Source: an uncultured Bacillota bacterium | GTDB taxonomy: Bacteria > Bacillota_I > Bacilli_A > ML615J-28 > CAG-313 | Direction of reading: 5' to 3' | DNA: 64,000 nucleotides | NCBI GenBank assembly: GCA_946611195.1 | Contig: CAMODB010000004.1 | Coordinates: 33 to 64,032 of the forward strand | Part shown: in pieces, positions 1 through 9,148 of the stretch | Numbering within the stretch: position 1 is the first letter of the stretch | Layout: the number at the start of each line of letters is the position of its first letter | Notes under the pieces: generated by a model | Databases searched by the model: none | What the model was told of the DNA's origin: nothing | The model's input: only the letters and a program-made list of their open reading frames with translations | Made by a program: the position numbers and the translations under genes

Positions 1-637
1 CTTCACCTAAGTCGATTGGTTCTTCTGTTTCTTCAACATGTGGTAATAAATTACTTAATGCTGAAACAACTGGACTTAATAAATTTCTTAAAGGTAATGC
101 TTCATCGCTAAAACGAGTAATGTTACCATTGCTGAATACATAATAATATTCAGGTGTCATACCGAAACCAGCATTTTCACCATCATATTCAACATTTACA
201 TATAATTCACCATCAGCATTCATATATGTCACTTTAGCAAGATGATTATTAATCTTAACATCTACTACTGTAGCATTATTGAACATGGCTGTTTCTGCAT
301 AGAAAGTAACTTCTACATTAGCTTTTAAGATCTCTTCTAGATTATATTCATCAACATAGATTCTTGAACCATCAGTAAATACATAGTAATATAATGAAAT
401 ATCTTGACTATGGAATTTTAATTCAGGAAGTGTGTATCCTTTTGCTTTAGTAAATTGATCAACTAATTCTACATGACCATCAACAACATATGTTACTTTA
501 TAATTGTTTTCAGGTTCTCTAACATCATCTTTTGTTGGAGCAGTTTCATCATTATTGATGGCTACACCATTACAGCTTGTTAAAATGACTGTAAAAAGAA
601 ATGTTAAAATGACTAAAAATAACGAAAATTTTTTCAT
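1..637 (-). CDS. Lipoprotein, partial (C-terminus lies outside the window)
   Basis: The frame is open from the ATG (rc of 635-637) to the window edge. N-terminus MKKFSLFLVILTFLFTVILTSC has a signal peptide with lipobox LTSC. AAGGAG Shine-Dalgarno (rc of 645-650) sits 7 nt upstream. Confidence 0.6.
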   Translation of the reverse strand, partial: MKKFSLFLVILTFLFTVILTSCNGVAINNDETAPTKDDVREPENNYKVTYVVDGHVELVDQFTKAKGYTLPELKFHSQDISLYYYVFTDGSRIYVDEYNLEEILKANVEVTFYAETAMFNNATVVDVKINNHLAKVTYMNADGELYVNVEYDGENAGFGMTPEYYYVFSNGNITRFSDEALPLRNLLSPVVSALSNLLPHVEETEEPIDLGE

Positions 638-711
638 TTAGTTTCTCCTTTTGTGTTAATTATACATTTTATTTTACAATAAAAATGCTATTTTGTCAAC
701 TAAAACATTAT

Positions 712-746
712 AAAACAAAAGGTGCTATTTATCCAATAACACCTTT
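712..746 (-). terminator. Rho-independent terminator downstream of the GH18 ORF
   Basis: Stem AAAGGTG (718-724) pairs with CACCTTT (740-746). T-rich runs flank it on both strands. Confidence 0.45.
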
Positions 747-762
747 TTTATAAATAGAGCCC

Positions 763-1890
763 TTACTTATTCAATCCAACTTTTATCGCATTAACTAAAT
801 CTCCAGTTGTATCAGAACCATTTTGCCAATTCATAATACCACCTAAATTATTATCAATGATATATTGACATTTATATCCAAGTGATGTTGGATCATCAAA
901 GGAATAGAATTCTGTTCCATCATTTTTAACAATATATGGTACTTTCGAATTATTATCAAAATGATATGCATAATCTGGATTAGACATTAACGCTTTGATT
1001 GTTGCATAATTATTAGTTCCCGCTTTTGCCCAACTAGACCATACACCATCAGTATAAGTTCTAGATTGTCTTACCGCATAGAAAGGCACGCCAATAATTA
1101 ATTTATTTGAACTAATATTATATGTATTTTTAAAAATATTTACTGTTTCTTCTATTGAGCATGATGTTGTATAAGTTCTACCAACACTAAATTCATTATT
1201 ATCAAATGTAGTTGTACGATATAGACCATTTTGATAACTACCACCTGATTGAATCATATCATAACACATTACATTGATATAATCTAAATATTCTATTGAA
1301 TTATTTAAATCATAATAAGCTGGTTGCCACATTCCTCCACCAATAGCGGCAGTAACTAAATGATGTGGATTATTAGCTTTTACTTTTTGATTAACTATTT
1401 GTACTAAATTAGTAAACCAAGTATATTGACCACTCTTAGGATATTCCCAGTCAATATCAACACCATCAAAGTGATATGTATTGATGGCATTAACAATATT
1501 ATTAGCAAGTGTTTCTACTAAATTATTATCTGGATTAGCAAAGGTTGTCCATTCAGATTCAGGAGCAATACTTAATATTACATAACATCCTTTAGCATGA
1601 GCAGAATCAATAATATAATTTGTAACATTATTAAAGAAATTTGTTCCAGTTAAGGTTGCACTTGCGTTAGCAATTGTAAAGGCACAATTAATAATATCCA
1701 TGGTATTGAAATAATTCTCATTAACACTAGAATAATTAGTATATATATAACTTGAAGCTAAAGGCGCATTTAATTGTTTATAATGGGCTTTAACTGTCAA
1801 TTCATAATCAGTACTATCACTACTATCTAAATATGATACTGTAGCATATAGAGTTACGGTAGTATTGACATATAAATTAGAATTAATCAC
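763..1890 (-). CDS. GH18 chitinase / endo-beta-N-acetylglucosaminidase-like domain protein; the frame continues upstream to 2052
   Basis: FDGVDIDWEYP matches the GH18 DxxDxDxE catalytic motif. The ORF has no signal peptide or SD of its own and only a GTG start. It is in frame with the upstream 951-aa ORF across a single TGA. Confidence 0.65.
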   Translation of the reverse strand: MINSNLYVNTTVTLYATVSYLDSSDSTDYELTVKAHYKQLNAPLASSYIYTNYSSVNENYFNTMDIINCAFTIANASATLTGTNFFNNVTNYIIDSAHAKGCYVILSIAPESEWTTFANPDNNLVETLANNIVNAINTYHFDGVDIDWEYPKSGQYTWFTNLVQIVNQKVKANNPHHLVTAAIGGGMWQPAYYDLNNSIEYLDYINVMCYDMIQSGGSYQNGLYRTTTFDNNEFSVGRTYTTSCSIEETVNIFKNTYNISSNKLIIGVPFYAVRQSRTYTDGVWSSWAKAGTNNYATIKALMSNPDYAYHFDNNSKVPYIVKNDGTEFYSFDDPTSLGYKCQYIIDNNLGGIMNWQNGSDTTGDLVNAIKVGLNK

Positions 1891-2052
1891 ACCAGTATTA
1901 GTAATTACATTACTATCACTTGTTGTCCATTCAATAGATGTGCCATATATATCATTATATGTTGGTAAACTTAAATTACTATTGATTATAGTGACAGAAT
2001 CAAATGCATTATTTAATTCAGAAATAGTTAAATTTATTCTATCACTAGCAGT

Positions 2053-4908
2053 TCAATTTTCAATCCATTTAGCGTATAGTGTTACATCACTTGATGCAGA
2101 AGTTACTGCCGAGCCAGTAAATTCAGGATTATCATACCAACCACCAAATGTATAACCTTCTTTATAAATGTTAGAACCAATTAAATCAGTAATATTAACT
2201 GTATCTAGATTTCCATCAAATACTGTTTGTTCAATTGATGATAAATATGAAAGCGCTAAAGCTTGTCTTGAAGGTTGAGACCAATCACTTGTATTGAAGT
2301 TTGCATTTTTATCCCATAAAATACCGCCAACCCAGCCTCTTGGTTCATATGCAATTTCATAAATATAATTTCCATTTGCATCTTTCAATTCGGATTGTGT
2401 ACTATAATTTTTAAATACTTTATATGCAGGTTTATTAGCTGATGAAGCATTTATAGCAAAGAAATCAACTAACCAACCCCATTTATCTAATTGATTATAG
2501 AAGAAGTTTGTACATGTTCCAATTTCATCCCAAGCACCGATTGCAGAATATGTTTCTTTAGAATAAGATTTACCTGCATAAGCATTATAATCAGTTAAAT
2601 AGTCAGTTGTTACTGCATCATATGAAGCATATTTAGTGTTACCACCATTAAAATCTAAAGTAACTGTAAATCCTTCAGGAGCCATTTTAGCATATAATAC
2701 TTTATTTCCAACTGTTCCTAATAAAATACTAGTGTAGCTTGAACCAGTAAATTCTGAATTATCATACCAGCCTTTGAAAATAAAGCCTGCTTTACTATAA
2801 TTTGGTAAATTAAATGTTTCTGTTTCAATATTGTAAGATGAAGGTGCTAAATTAATTGGTGTATCTTCATCCATATAAGTTATGCTATATTGAATTGGAG
2901 ACCATTGAGCAGTATATATAATATCACCAGGATTTGAATAATAGCCAGGGAATTCTGTATACACTTGACTATCTAAACCATTTAACCAACCATTAAATGT
3001 ATAACCTGTACGATGTGGAGTTGGTAATTCTTCAACAATGGTGTTTACTTTATTTATATTAGCAGTTACAACACTTGGTGAATATAATTTTATTTCAACT
3101 TCTTTTCCAGATCCGTTAGTAGCTGGAACATTATCTAAAACTATATAACTACCAGTATTACTACCATTATAAATAGAATCCATTTGTGATTTATATTCTG
3201 ATTTACAACCAGAATAATACAAAATTACGGCATCATATTGATCTGGTAAAGCTGTACTTCCGTTAGCTTTACCTAAAATCTTATAAACATTAGGAGATGC
3301 AGTAAATTCAAGAACAACAAATTGCCACCATCTTGGTAATCCATTTTGTCCTCTTATAATAAAAGCAATTTCATTACCAGGAGAATCATAAGTATTATAT
3401 CTTGTTGCGATTAAAGATGTAGTAGCTACATTATTATGAATAATTTCATTTGCTTCCCACATACCGCCATTAGTATTAAATGTAGTATTTACATCAACAA
3501 AATCGGTTTTTTCCATTTTTGCGTAGAATACTTTATTACCATGAGATCCTTTCGCAATACTTTCAACAGTACTACCAGTGAATTCTGCATTTTCATACCA
3601 ACCTTCAAACACATAACCAGCTTTTTCGTATGTTGGTAATTCAAAGTTATTAGTTTCAATATTATATGATGCTGGTGCTAAATTAAGAACGTTTAATCCA
3701 TCCATATAGGTAATTGAATATTCAGCAGGTGACCAACTTGGTAATAATTGAACATTATCAGCAGTTAAAACATATTCTGAATTAGGATTATATGTTCCCC
3801 ATTTAAAATTAGTATAATATTCTTTTTCTAATTCTGATGGTAAAATAATACTATCCCCAACTTTTCCAGTTTGAACATTAGTTAAATCAGCAAAAATATG
3901 ATTATTTCTCTTACTGATTAAATAACTCTTTTCTGGATTATTAGCAAAATTATAGCCGTTATAACCAGTTGAACTAAATACACCTGCAAAATAACTTTGA
4001 ATTAGAGAAATAACATGGTATCCAAAATACCAGCTACTAGATTTTGAAGTATCACCTTGTAATAATTGAACTTGAGGTTTTACATAAGTTGTATTACCAT
4101 TATAATTTAAATCATTAGCAATACCAGTTAAAACAAAACCCCATTTTTCTGACATAACAGGATCAGCAAAGAATTGATATAATCTAGAATTAGCATAATC
4201 AGTTTGTTCCCCTGATTTTGCTGAAGATTTAAATGGACTATCATAATCTACAGATACAAATGCCGAAGTAGATAAATTAGTACTGAATTTAGCATTCCAA
4301 TCTTCAATAAATCTTTGAGCTAATATTTGATAATTAGTTTCATAAAGTGCAGAGTCAATAATTACAGTATTAAGTCCATCTTTATAAGCTTTCTTATCTG
4401 AACTAATGCTTGATTGTACTTCAGTAATAATATCGCCTTCTACGCCATCATTAGCAGCATAGTTTACCACTTGACCTAAACTTCTTGTTGCAACACTAGA
4501 CCCATAATAATAAACATCATCACATATTACAAATGGTCTAATTGTTACATCTGTTAAATAATCCGTATTAGGGACATTAACAATTGTCATATAATACATT
4601 CCTTCTCCATCAACTTCATTTACTGTTGTAGAAGTAGTATTAAAGCCATTCACTTTTCCACCAATAACAAAATCTTCAGATATGTTTGCAACACCATTGG
4701 CTGCAACTGCACCATATGCTGTGGGTGTTAAGGTGTCACTTTCAAATTTTATCGCAAATCTAATACCGGGATTACCGGTAGTTCTAACTTGAGCGCCTAA
4801 TACTTGTAAATCTGGTGTTGTTTGAACATCAGCTTTTACTGGTGCTAAAGCAGATGCAAAAAAGATAAATGTAAATAAGAAAATAAAACTAATTATTACT
4901 TTCTTCAT
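2053..4908 (-). CDS. Secreted surface protein with four Listeria-Bacteroides (Flg_new) repeats
   Basis: Signal peptide MKKVIISFIFLFTFIFFASALAPVKA. Repeats of the form GY(V/T)F.GWY.N.EFTGS....LYAK(W/M) occur four times. The ORF ends in TGA. Confidence 0.75.
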   Translation of the reverse strand: MKKVIISFIFLFTFIFFASALAPVKADVQTTPDLQVLGAQVRTTGNPGIRFAIKFESDTLTPTAYGAVAANGVANISEDFVIGGKVNGFNTTSTTVNEVDGEGMYYMTIVNVPNTDYLTDVTIRPFVICDDVYYYGSSVATRSLGQVVNYAANDGVEGDIITEVQSSISSDKKAYKDGLNTVIIDSALYETNYQILAQRFIEDWNAKFSTNLSTSAFVSVDYDSPFKSSAKSGEQTDYANSRLYQFFADPVMSEKWGFVLTGIANDLNYNGNTTYVKPQVQLLQGDTSKSSSWYFGYHVISLIQSYFAGVFSSTGYNGYNFANNPEKSYLISKRNNHIFADLTNVQTGKVGDSIILPSELEKEYYTNFKWGTYNPNSEYVLTADNVQLLPSWSPAEYSITYMDGLNVLNLAPASYNIETNNFELPTYEKAGYVFEGWYENAEFTGSTVESIAKGSHGNKVFYAKMEKTDFVDVNTTFNTNGGMWEANEIIHNNVATTSLIATRYNTYDSPGNEIAFIIRGQNGLPRWWQFVVLEFTASPNVYKILGKANGSTALPDQYDAVILYYSGCKSEYKSQMDSIYNGSNTGSYIVLDNVPATNGSGKEVEIKLYSPSVVTANINKVNTIVEELPTPHRTGYTFNGWLNGLDSQVYTEFPGYYSNPGDIIYTAQWSPIQYSITYMDEDTPINLAPSSYNIETETFNLPNYSKAGFIFKGWYDNSEFTGSSYTSILLGTVGNKVLYAKMAPEGFTVTLDFNGGNTKYASYDAVTTDYLTDYNAYAGKSYSKETYSAIGAWDEIGTCTNFFYNQLDKWGWLVDFFAINASSANKPAYKVFKNYSTQSELKDANGNYIYEIAYEPRGWVGGILWDKNANFNTSDWSQPSRQALALSYLSSIEQTVFDGNLDTVNITDLIGSNIYKEGYTFGGWYDNPEFTGSAVTSASSDVTLYAKWIEN

Positions 4909-4909
4909 T

Positions 4910-5038
4910 TTACATATCCATTCCCTTCATTTCGAAGTCATTAGGAAAATTAATATCGCCTTCATTGCCGCTAGCGGTTAAAATATCAGAAGCAATAGCT
5001 ATTATCTCCAAAATAGGCTCCTCATAAATTTTTTTCAT
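4910..5038 (-). CDS. Unannotated 42-aa small ORF (MKKIYEEPILEIIAIASDILTASGNEGDINFPNDFEMKGMDM)
   Basis: AAAGGAGGAACAAAA-ATG is a near-perfect SD with good spacing. The TAA stop lies 1 nt before the ATG of the 951-aa gene. The ORF sits downstream of an extended -10 promoter. Confidence 0.45.
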   Translation of the reverse strand: MKKIYEEPILEIIAIASDILTASGNEGDINFPNDFEMKGMDM

Positions 5039-5077
5039 TTTTGTTCCTCCTTTATGAAAACGCATTCATACATTAAC

Positions 5078-5114
5078 ATTGTAGCAAAAAAAAAAAAAAA
5101 ACATATTTTTGCAA
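5078..5114 (-). promoter_or_regulatory. Candidate promoter: TTGCAA, a 25-nt spacer containing T16, then extended -10 TGcTACAAT
   Basis: The minus strand reads TTGCAAaaatatg-T16-GC-TACAAT, about 40 nt upstream of the small-ORF SD. Confidence 0.45.
5086..5101. repeat. Homopolymer A16 (T16 on the coding strand)
   Basis: Counted directly: 16 consecutive A at 5086-5101. Confidence 0.95.
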
Positions 5115-5206
5115 CAAAAGATAAATATTATTTTTATTTTAGAAATATTTAAATAAAAGGATTCAAGATTTTGTCTTGAATCCTTTAAATTATTTAGTTT
5201 TTAAAG

Positions 5207-8200
5207 TTAGATATTATACCATTCAGAAATGTTTCTTGCGTCATTTCTTAATGAATAATAACCATCATTCCAGATTTGTTTTGCAGGATATCTACCATCC
5301 CATTGTTCCCAAGTAGTTGAACCATTAACGATTGAATATAATGTTACAGTCTTAGTTTCGCCACCTAATTCAACTGTTAAGTCATAAGAAACTGTTGTTG
5401 TTTCTAGTGGTGGATTATAGATACGACCTGTATCATCTAAGATATCTGGGTTATTAGATTTAATAGAAATCTTAGCATCTTTGTATTTAGACATTACTTC
5501 GTAATTTACTTCTACGAACTTCATGAATGTATCCCAGTAGCGACCAGCGATTAAGCATTGTGGACAGTTCTTTCCTGAGAATGTATTATGCATCTTAACT
5601 CTAGTTGTATCTAGATCATAACGAAGTAAGATATCAGCTACAAGTTGACCTGTTCTTTGCCATGTATCCATAATATCTGAAGAAGTATTAACATTCATTT
5701 CAATACCAATGGAGTTATTATTTCCACCATGACTTGAGATAAAGCCATAATCACCTGACCACCAAGTAGTACCAATGTAATAATTACCATTGTCACCTAC
5801 TTTGAATGTAGGACCAAGATGAGTTAAATATTTCTTAGATGGAGTACCTTTGATTGAAGAAGTTGGAAGTTCAATATTTGATTTTGTACCATTGATTGAT
5901 AAATACCATTTATCATTATCTTTTACCATATCATATAATGGATGTACATCACCTGAAGCTGGGGCTTTAACACCTGAATCATACCACTTAAATACGACAC
6001 CAGTTCCATCACCAGCATGCCATGCGATTAATTTTTCTGGTACTACACCATAGATTGCATCATTACCAACTGTATAATGAATAGATGCTCCATTACCTTT
6101 AGCACTCGCCATACCTGATGCGATAGATTCAACAGTACCAGTTAGAGTAGCAGTATCATGAACACAGACAAATTCAATTTGGTCTGTAGAACGTCTTACG
6201 GTATGACATTCACCAACATTTTCTGCAGTTTCATTATAGGTTGTATCAATCTTGAATTCATCAAATAGATAATTATTAACACTACCATATATTGAATCAT
6301 AATATCTAGTTTGACCATCATCATATAATGAAACATTACCATAATCAACTACACCATTATGATTTTCAACTAATAATTTTAATAATTTACCAATTTCCGT
6401 TGAATCATCATATTGTTTAACACTAATTACGAAAGTAATATTAACGCTTGTATCTGGGATTGAAACAGTAATTGTTGTTTCACCATTAGCAAGTGCTGTA
6501 ATCTTACCATCATTATCGATTGACGCAATATTCTCTTTGCTTGATGTATATGTAAAGGTATTAGGAAGTGATTTACCAATAGCTTTAGGTTGAACAGTTA
6601 ATGATTCACCTACTGTTAAATAACCACTATATACTTTATCAAAGTCAAGAACGATTGTATCATTAGGAACAACAGTAATTTCCTTCTTAATTACAACATT
6701 CTTTAAGTAATCTTGAATTGTTAAGGTAGCTGTACCTGCATTCTTTGCGGTAATCTTACCTGTTTCATCTACTTCGAAGATTGTGGTATTACTTGAAGAA
6801 TAAGAAATTGATGTGAAATATGCATCGGAAGGAACAACGCTTGCTACAACTTGGAATACTTCTTGATCAGCTAATTCTTCTTTAAAGCTTGTAATATCAA
6901 TACCTGTAACTGGATTTAAAGCTTCCCATTTAGCAGTTAAATTAATACGACCCATAGCCGTTTTATCAATTTCGGTTACTTCAACATCATTATCATCAAA
7001 CCAGCCTTGGAATTTAAATCCTAATCTTGATGGAGTAATTAATTCTTCTGCATCCGCAACAAGTACTGTTAAAGGTTTATCAACTGGTAAATTATCACGA
7101 TCAAAGAAATAAATAGGAACTTCTACACCAGTCTTAGCTGTTGTATAATCACCACCAAATACTACATAATCACCAATATGAATACGAGATGTAATTTGTT
7201 TAATACCAAAGTTATAAGATAAACCGCCACCAGGACTATATGAGTTAGAAATAACAAGACAGTGAGTAGCACCATCTGGCCATGTACCAGCATTAGATCC
7301 TACAAAGTTATATACTTCCCAAACACCTGTATTTTCATTTGGACCAACATAGATACGATCGGAGAAAGTTGCATTTGTATATTGACTTCTTTCACAGAAG
7401 AAGATATCGGTTGCGTAATTGGTCCAGAAACCGCCATTAACATTATTATAATTATTTGTACTTAATTTAGGAGTATCACTAGTTGCCATTGCTACAAGAT
7501 AATCATTAGAATAACCACCATTGAAGTTATAAACAATCTTACCTACTTCTTTAACTTCTAAATCAAATTCAACTTTCTTTTCATCAACTGCAACTGTGAT
7601 ATGTGTTGTACCAACAGCTAATGCTTTGATTAAACCAGTTGAAGAAATAGATGCTACTGTTGGATTACTACTTGTATAAGTCACTGTACCATAATTATGT
7701 TCAACAGTTGTATTAAGTTGAAGTTCATTATCAAGAATCATTTCTGATACTGAATTTTCAACTGTAAGTTTTGTATCAAAAACATCTAGAACAAAATATT
7801 GTGATACAGTACCAATAGATACAGTAATTTTAACACTACCTTCTTTTAAGGCTGTAACTAAACCTTCGTTTGTTACTGACGCAACAGATTCATCTTTTGA
7901 TTTATATTTAACTTCAAAATCACCAACATTAGTGAATTCAGCTGGAATCATAAAGGTCTTACCAATACCTATCCATTCAGGTGTTTCACCAATTTTAATA
8001 GTTGGTTTTTCATAAACGGAAATCTCTTTAGTTGCAATAATAAATCCATTAATTACAAGTGTGATTGTTGTTTTACCAGGATTTTTACCTTTAACGACAC
8101 CAGCTGATGTTACTGTTGCAACAGCAGGATCGCTACTTGTATAACTTTTCACTCCAGCTATACCAGTAGCATCTACTTTTAAAGTTATAGTTGAACCAAC

Positions 8201-9040
8201 GAATACATAATCAGCACCATCTAATTCAAACTTTGCAGCTGGTAGAACTTCAATTTCTTTTTCTACACTTTTATCTTCAACACTAACTTTAATAGTTGCT
8301 TTACCAGCTTTTAAAGCTGTTAATTTATTGTTTTCAACTTTTATTACTTCGTTATTTGTTGAAGTAACAACTGGAACTTGATTAGAATTAGTATTGATAT
8401 CAAGAACTAAGTCTGTTCCTTCATTCATTGTTGTAGGAAGTTCAACACTTAAAGTTACTTCTACTGGTGCCTCTTTTTTCGAAACAACGATATCAATTGT
8501 CTTTTCAAGACCACCACCAGCTATAGTTATTGTTACATTACCTTCTTTAAGAGCAGTTACTTTACCATTTTCAACTGTCGCAACACTAGGATCACTACTT
8601 GTATAAGTAACTTTATCAATATTCTTAACAATAACATTTAATTGTTGTTCGTCACCGACTTGCATCTTTGTTTTACCACCAATTACCATTTCAGGTGAAC
8701 CTGGTTCATCTTCACTAGCTTTTTTAACCGTAACAGTTAGAGATGCTTTTATATCGGCATTTGAAGAAAGAGTAACATTAACTTTAACAGTTCCTTCTTT
8801 TAAAGCTTCTACTACTCGTCCATCAATTTTTAGTACGTCTTTAGGTGAACTTTCATCAATTGAAAGAATAATTTCACTAGTTTTCGCATCTTTAATAGTT
8901 GGATTAACCGCATATTTTTCGCCTACTTCTAGTTCAACATTCTCGTCACTTAAAGTAATACTAGCATTTTTATCTTTCTTACATCCCGCAAAAGTTAGAG
9001 TAAGAAAGCATACTAATAATAAAACGATTATTTTTTTCAT
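5207..9040 (-). CDS. Surface lipoprotein with multiple Big_2 Ig-like domains, one Flg_new repeat and a C-terminal N-acetylmuramoyl-L-alanine amidase (Amidase_2/PGRP) domain
   Basis: Lipobox LTFAGC. Repeated motifs of the form TSSDPSVATV..G.VTALK.G..TIT. GFKFQGWFDD...LTAKW. Amidase_2 signatures VHDTA, IHYTVG, AWHAGDG, NSIGIEM and GKNCP. Confidence 0.8.
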   Translation of the reverse strand: MKKIIVLLLVCFLTLTFAGCKKDKNASITLSDENVELEVGEKYAVNPTIKDAKTSEIILSIDESSPKDVLKIDGRVVEALKEGTVKVNVTLSSNADIKASLTVTVKKASEDEPGSPEMVIGGKTKMQVGDEQQLNVIVKNIDKVTYTSSDPSVATVENGKVTALKEGNVTITIAGGGLEKTIDIVVSKKEAPVEVTLSVELPTTMNEGTDLVLDINTNSNQVPVVTSTNNEVIKVENNKLTALKAGKATIKVSVEDKSVEKEIEVLPAAKFELDGADYVFVGSTITLKVDATGIAGVKSYTSSDPAVATVTSAGVVKGKNPGKTTITLVINGFIIATKEISVYEKPTIKIGETPEWIGIGKTFMIPAEFTNVGDFEVKYKSKDESVASVTNEGLVTALKEGSVKITVSIGTVSQYFVLDVFDTKLTVENSVSEMILDNELQLNTTVEHNYGTVTYTSSNPTVASISSTGLIKALAVGTTHITVAVDEKKVEFDLEVKEVGKIVYNFNGGYSNDYLVAMATSDTPKLSTNNYNNVNGGFWTNYATDIFFCERSQYTNATFSDRIYVGPNENTGVWEVYNFVGSNAGTWPDGATHCLVISNSYSPGGGLSYNFGIKQITSRIHIGDYVVFGGDYTTAKTGVEVPIYFFDRDNLPVDKPLTVLVADAEELITPSRLGFKFQGWFDDNDVEVTEIDKTAMGRINLTAKWEALNPVTGIDITSFKEELADQEVFQVVASVVPSDAYFTSISYSSSNTTIFEVDETGKITAKNAGTATLTIQDYLKNVVIKKEITVVPNDTIVLDFDKVYSGYLTVGESLTVQPKAIGKSLPNTFTYTSSKENIASIDNDGKITALANGETTITVSIPDTSVNITFVISVKQYDDSTEIGKLLKLLVENHNGVVDYGNVSLYDDGQTRYYDSIYGSVNNYLFDEFKIDTTYNETAENVGECHTVRRSTDQIEFVCVHDTATLTGTVESIASGMASAKGNGASIHYTVGNDAIYGVVPEKLIAWHAGDGTGVVFKWYDSGVKAPASGDVHPLYDMVKDNDKWYLSINGTKSNIELPTSSIKGTPSKKYLTHLGPTFKVGDNGNYYIGTTWWSGDYGFISSHGGNNNSIGIEMNVNTSSDIMDTWQRTGQLVADILLRYDLDTTRVKMHNTFSGKNCPQCLIAGRYWDTFMKFVEVNYEVMSKYKDAKISIKSNNPDILDDTGRIYNPPLETTTVSYDLTVELGGETKTVTLYSIVNGSTTWEQWDGRYPAKQIWNDGYYSLRNDARNISEWYNI

Positions 9041-9112
9041 AAGACTCTCCTTTTTTCACTTTTATTATACTACTTTCAAAAAATGTTTACAATGAAAACG
9101 ATTACTTATTTT

Positions 9113-9146
9113 GCATAAAAAGAAGAGACTTTATTTAAAAAGTCTC
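9113..9146 (-). terminator. Rho-independent terminator
   Basis: Stem GAGACTT (9125-9131) pairs with AAGTCTC (9140-9146). A T-rich run follows on the minus strand. Confidence 0.5.
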
Positions 9147-9148
9147 AT

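Noticed and set aside
2020-2055. Selenocysteine insertion at the TGA between the Flg_new and GH18 ORFs
   Set aside because: No stable SECIS-like hairpin follows the TGA; the downstream sequence is AT-rich and unstructured. The position is a domain linker, not a redox site.
1865-2155. 96-aa plus-strand ORF spanning the TGA junction
   Set aside because: It lies antisense to clearly coding minus-strand sequence (an Ig-like domain and a Flg_new repeat). There is no SD.
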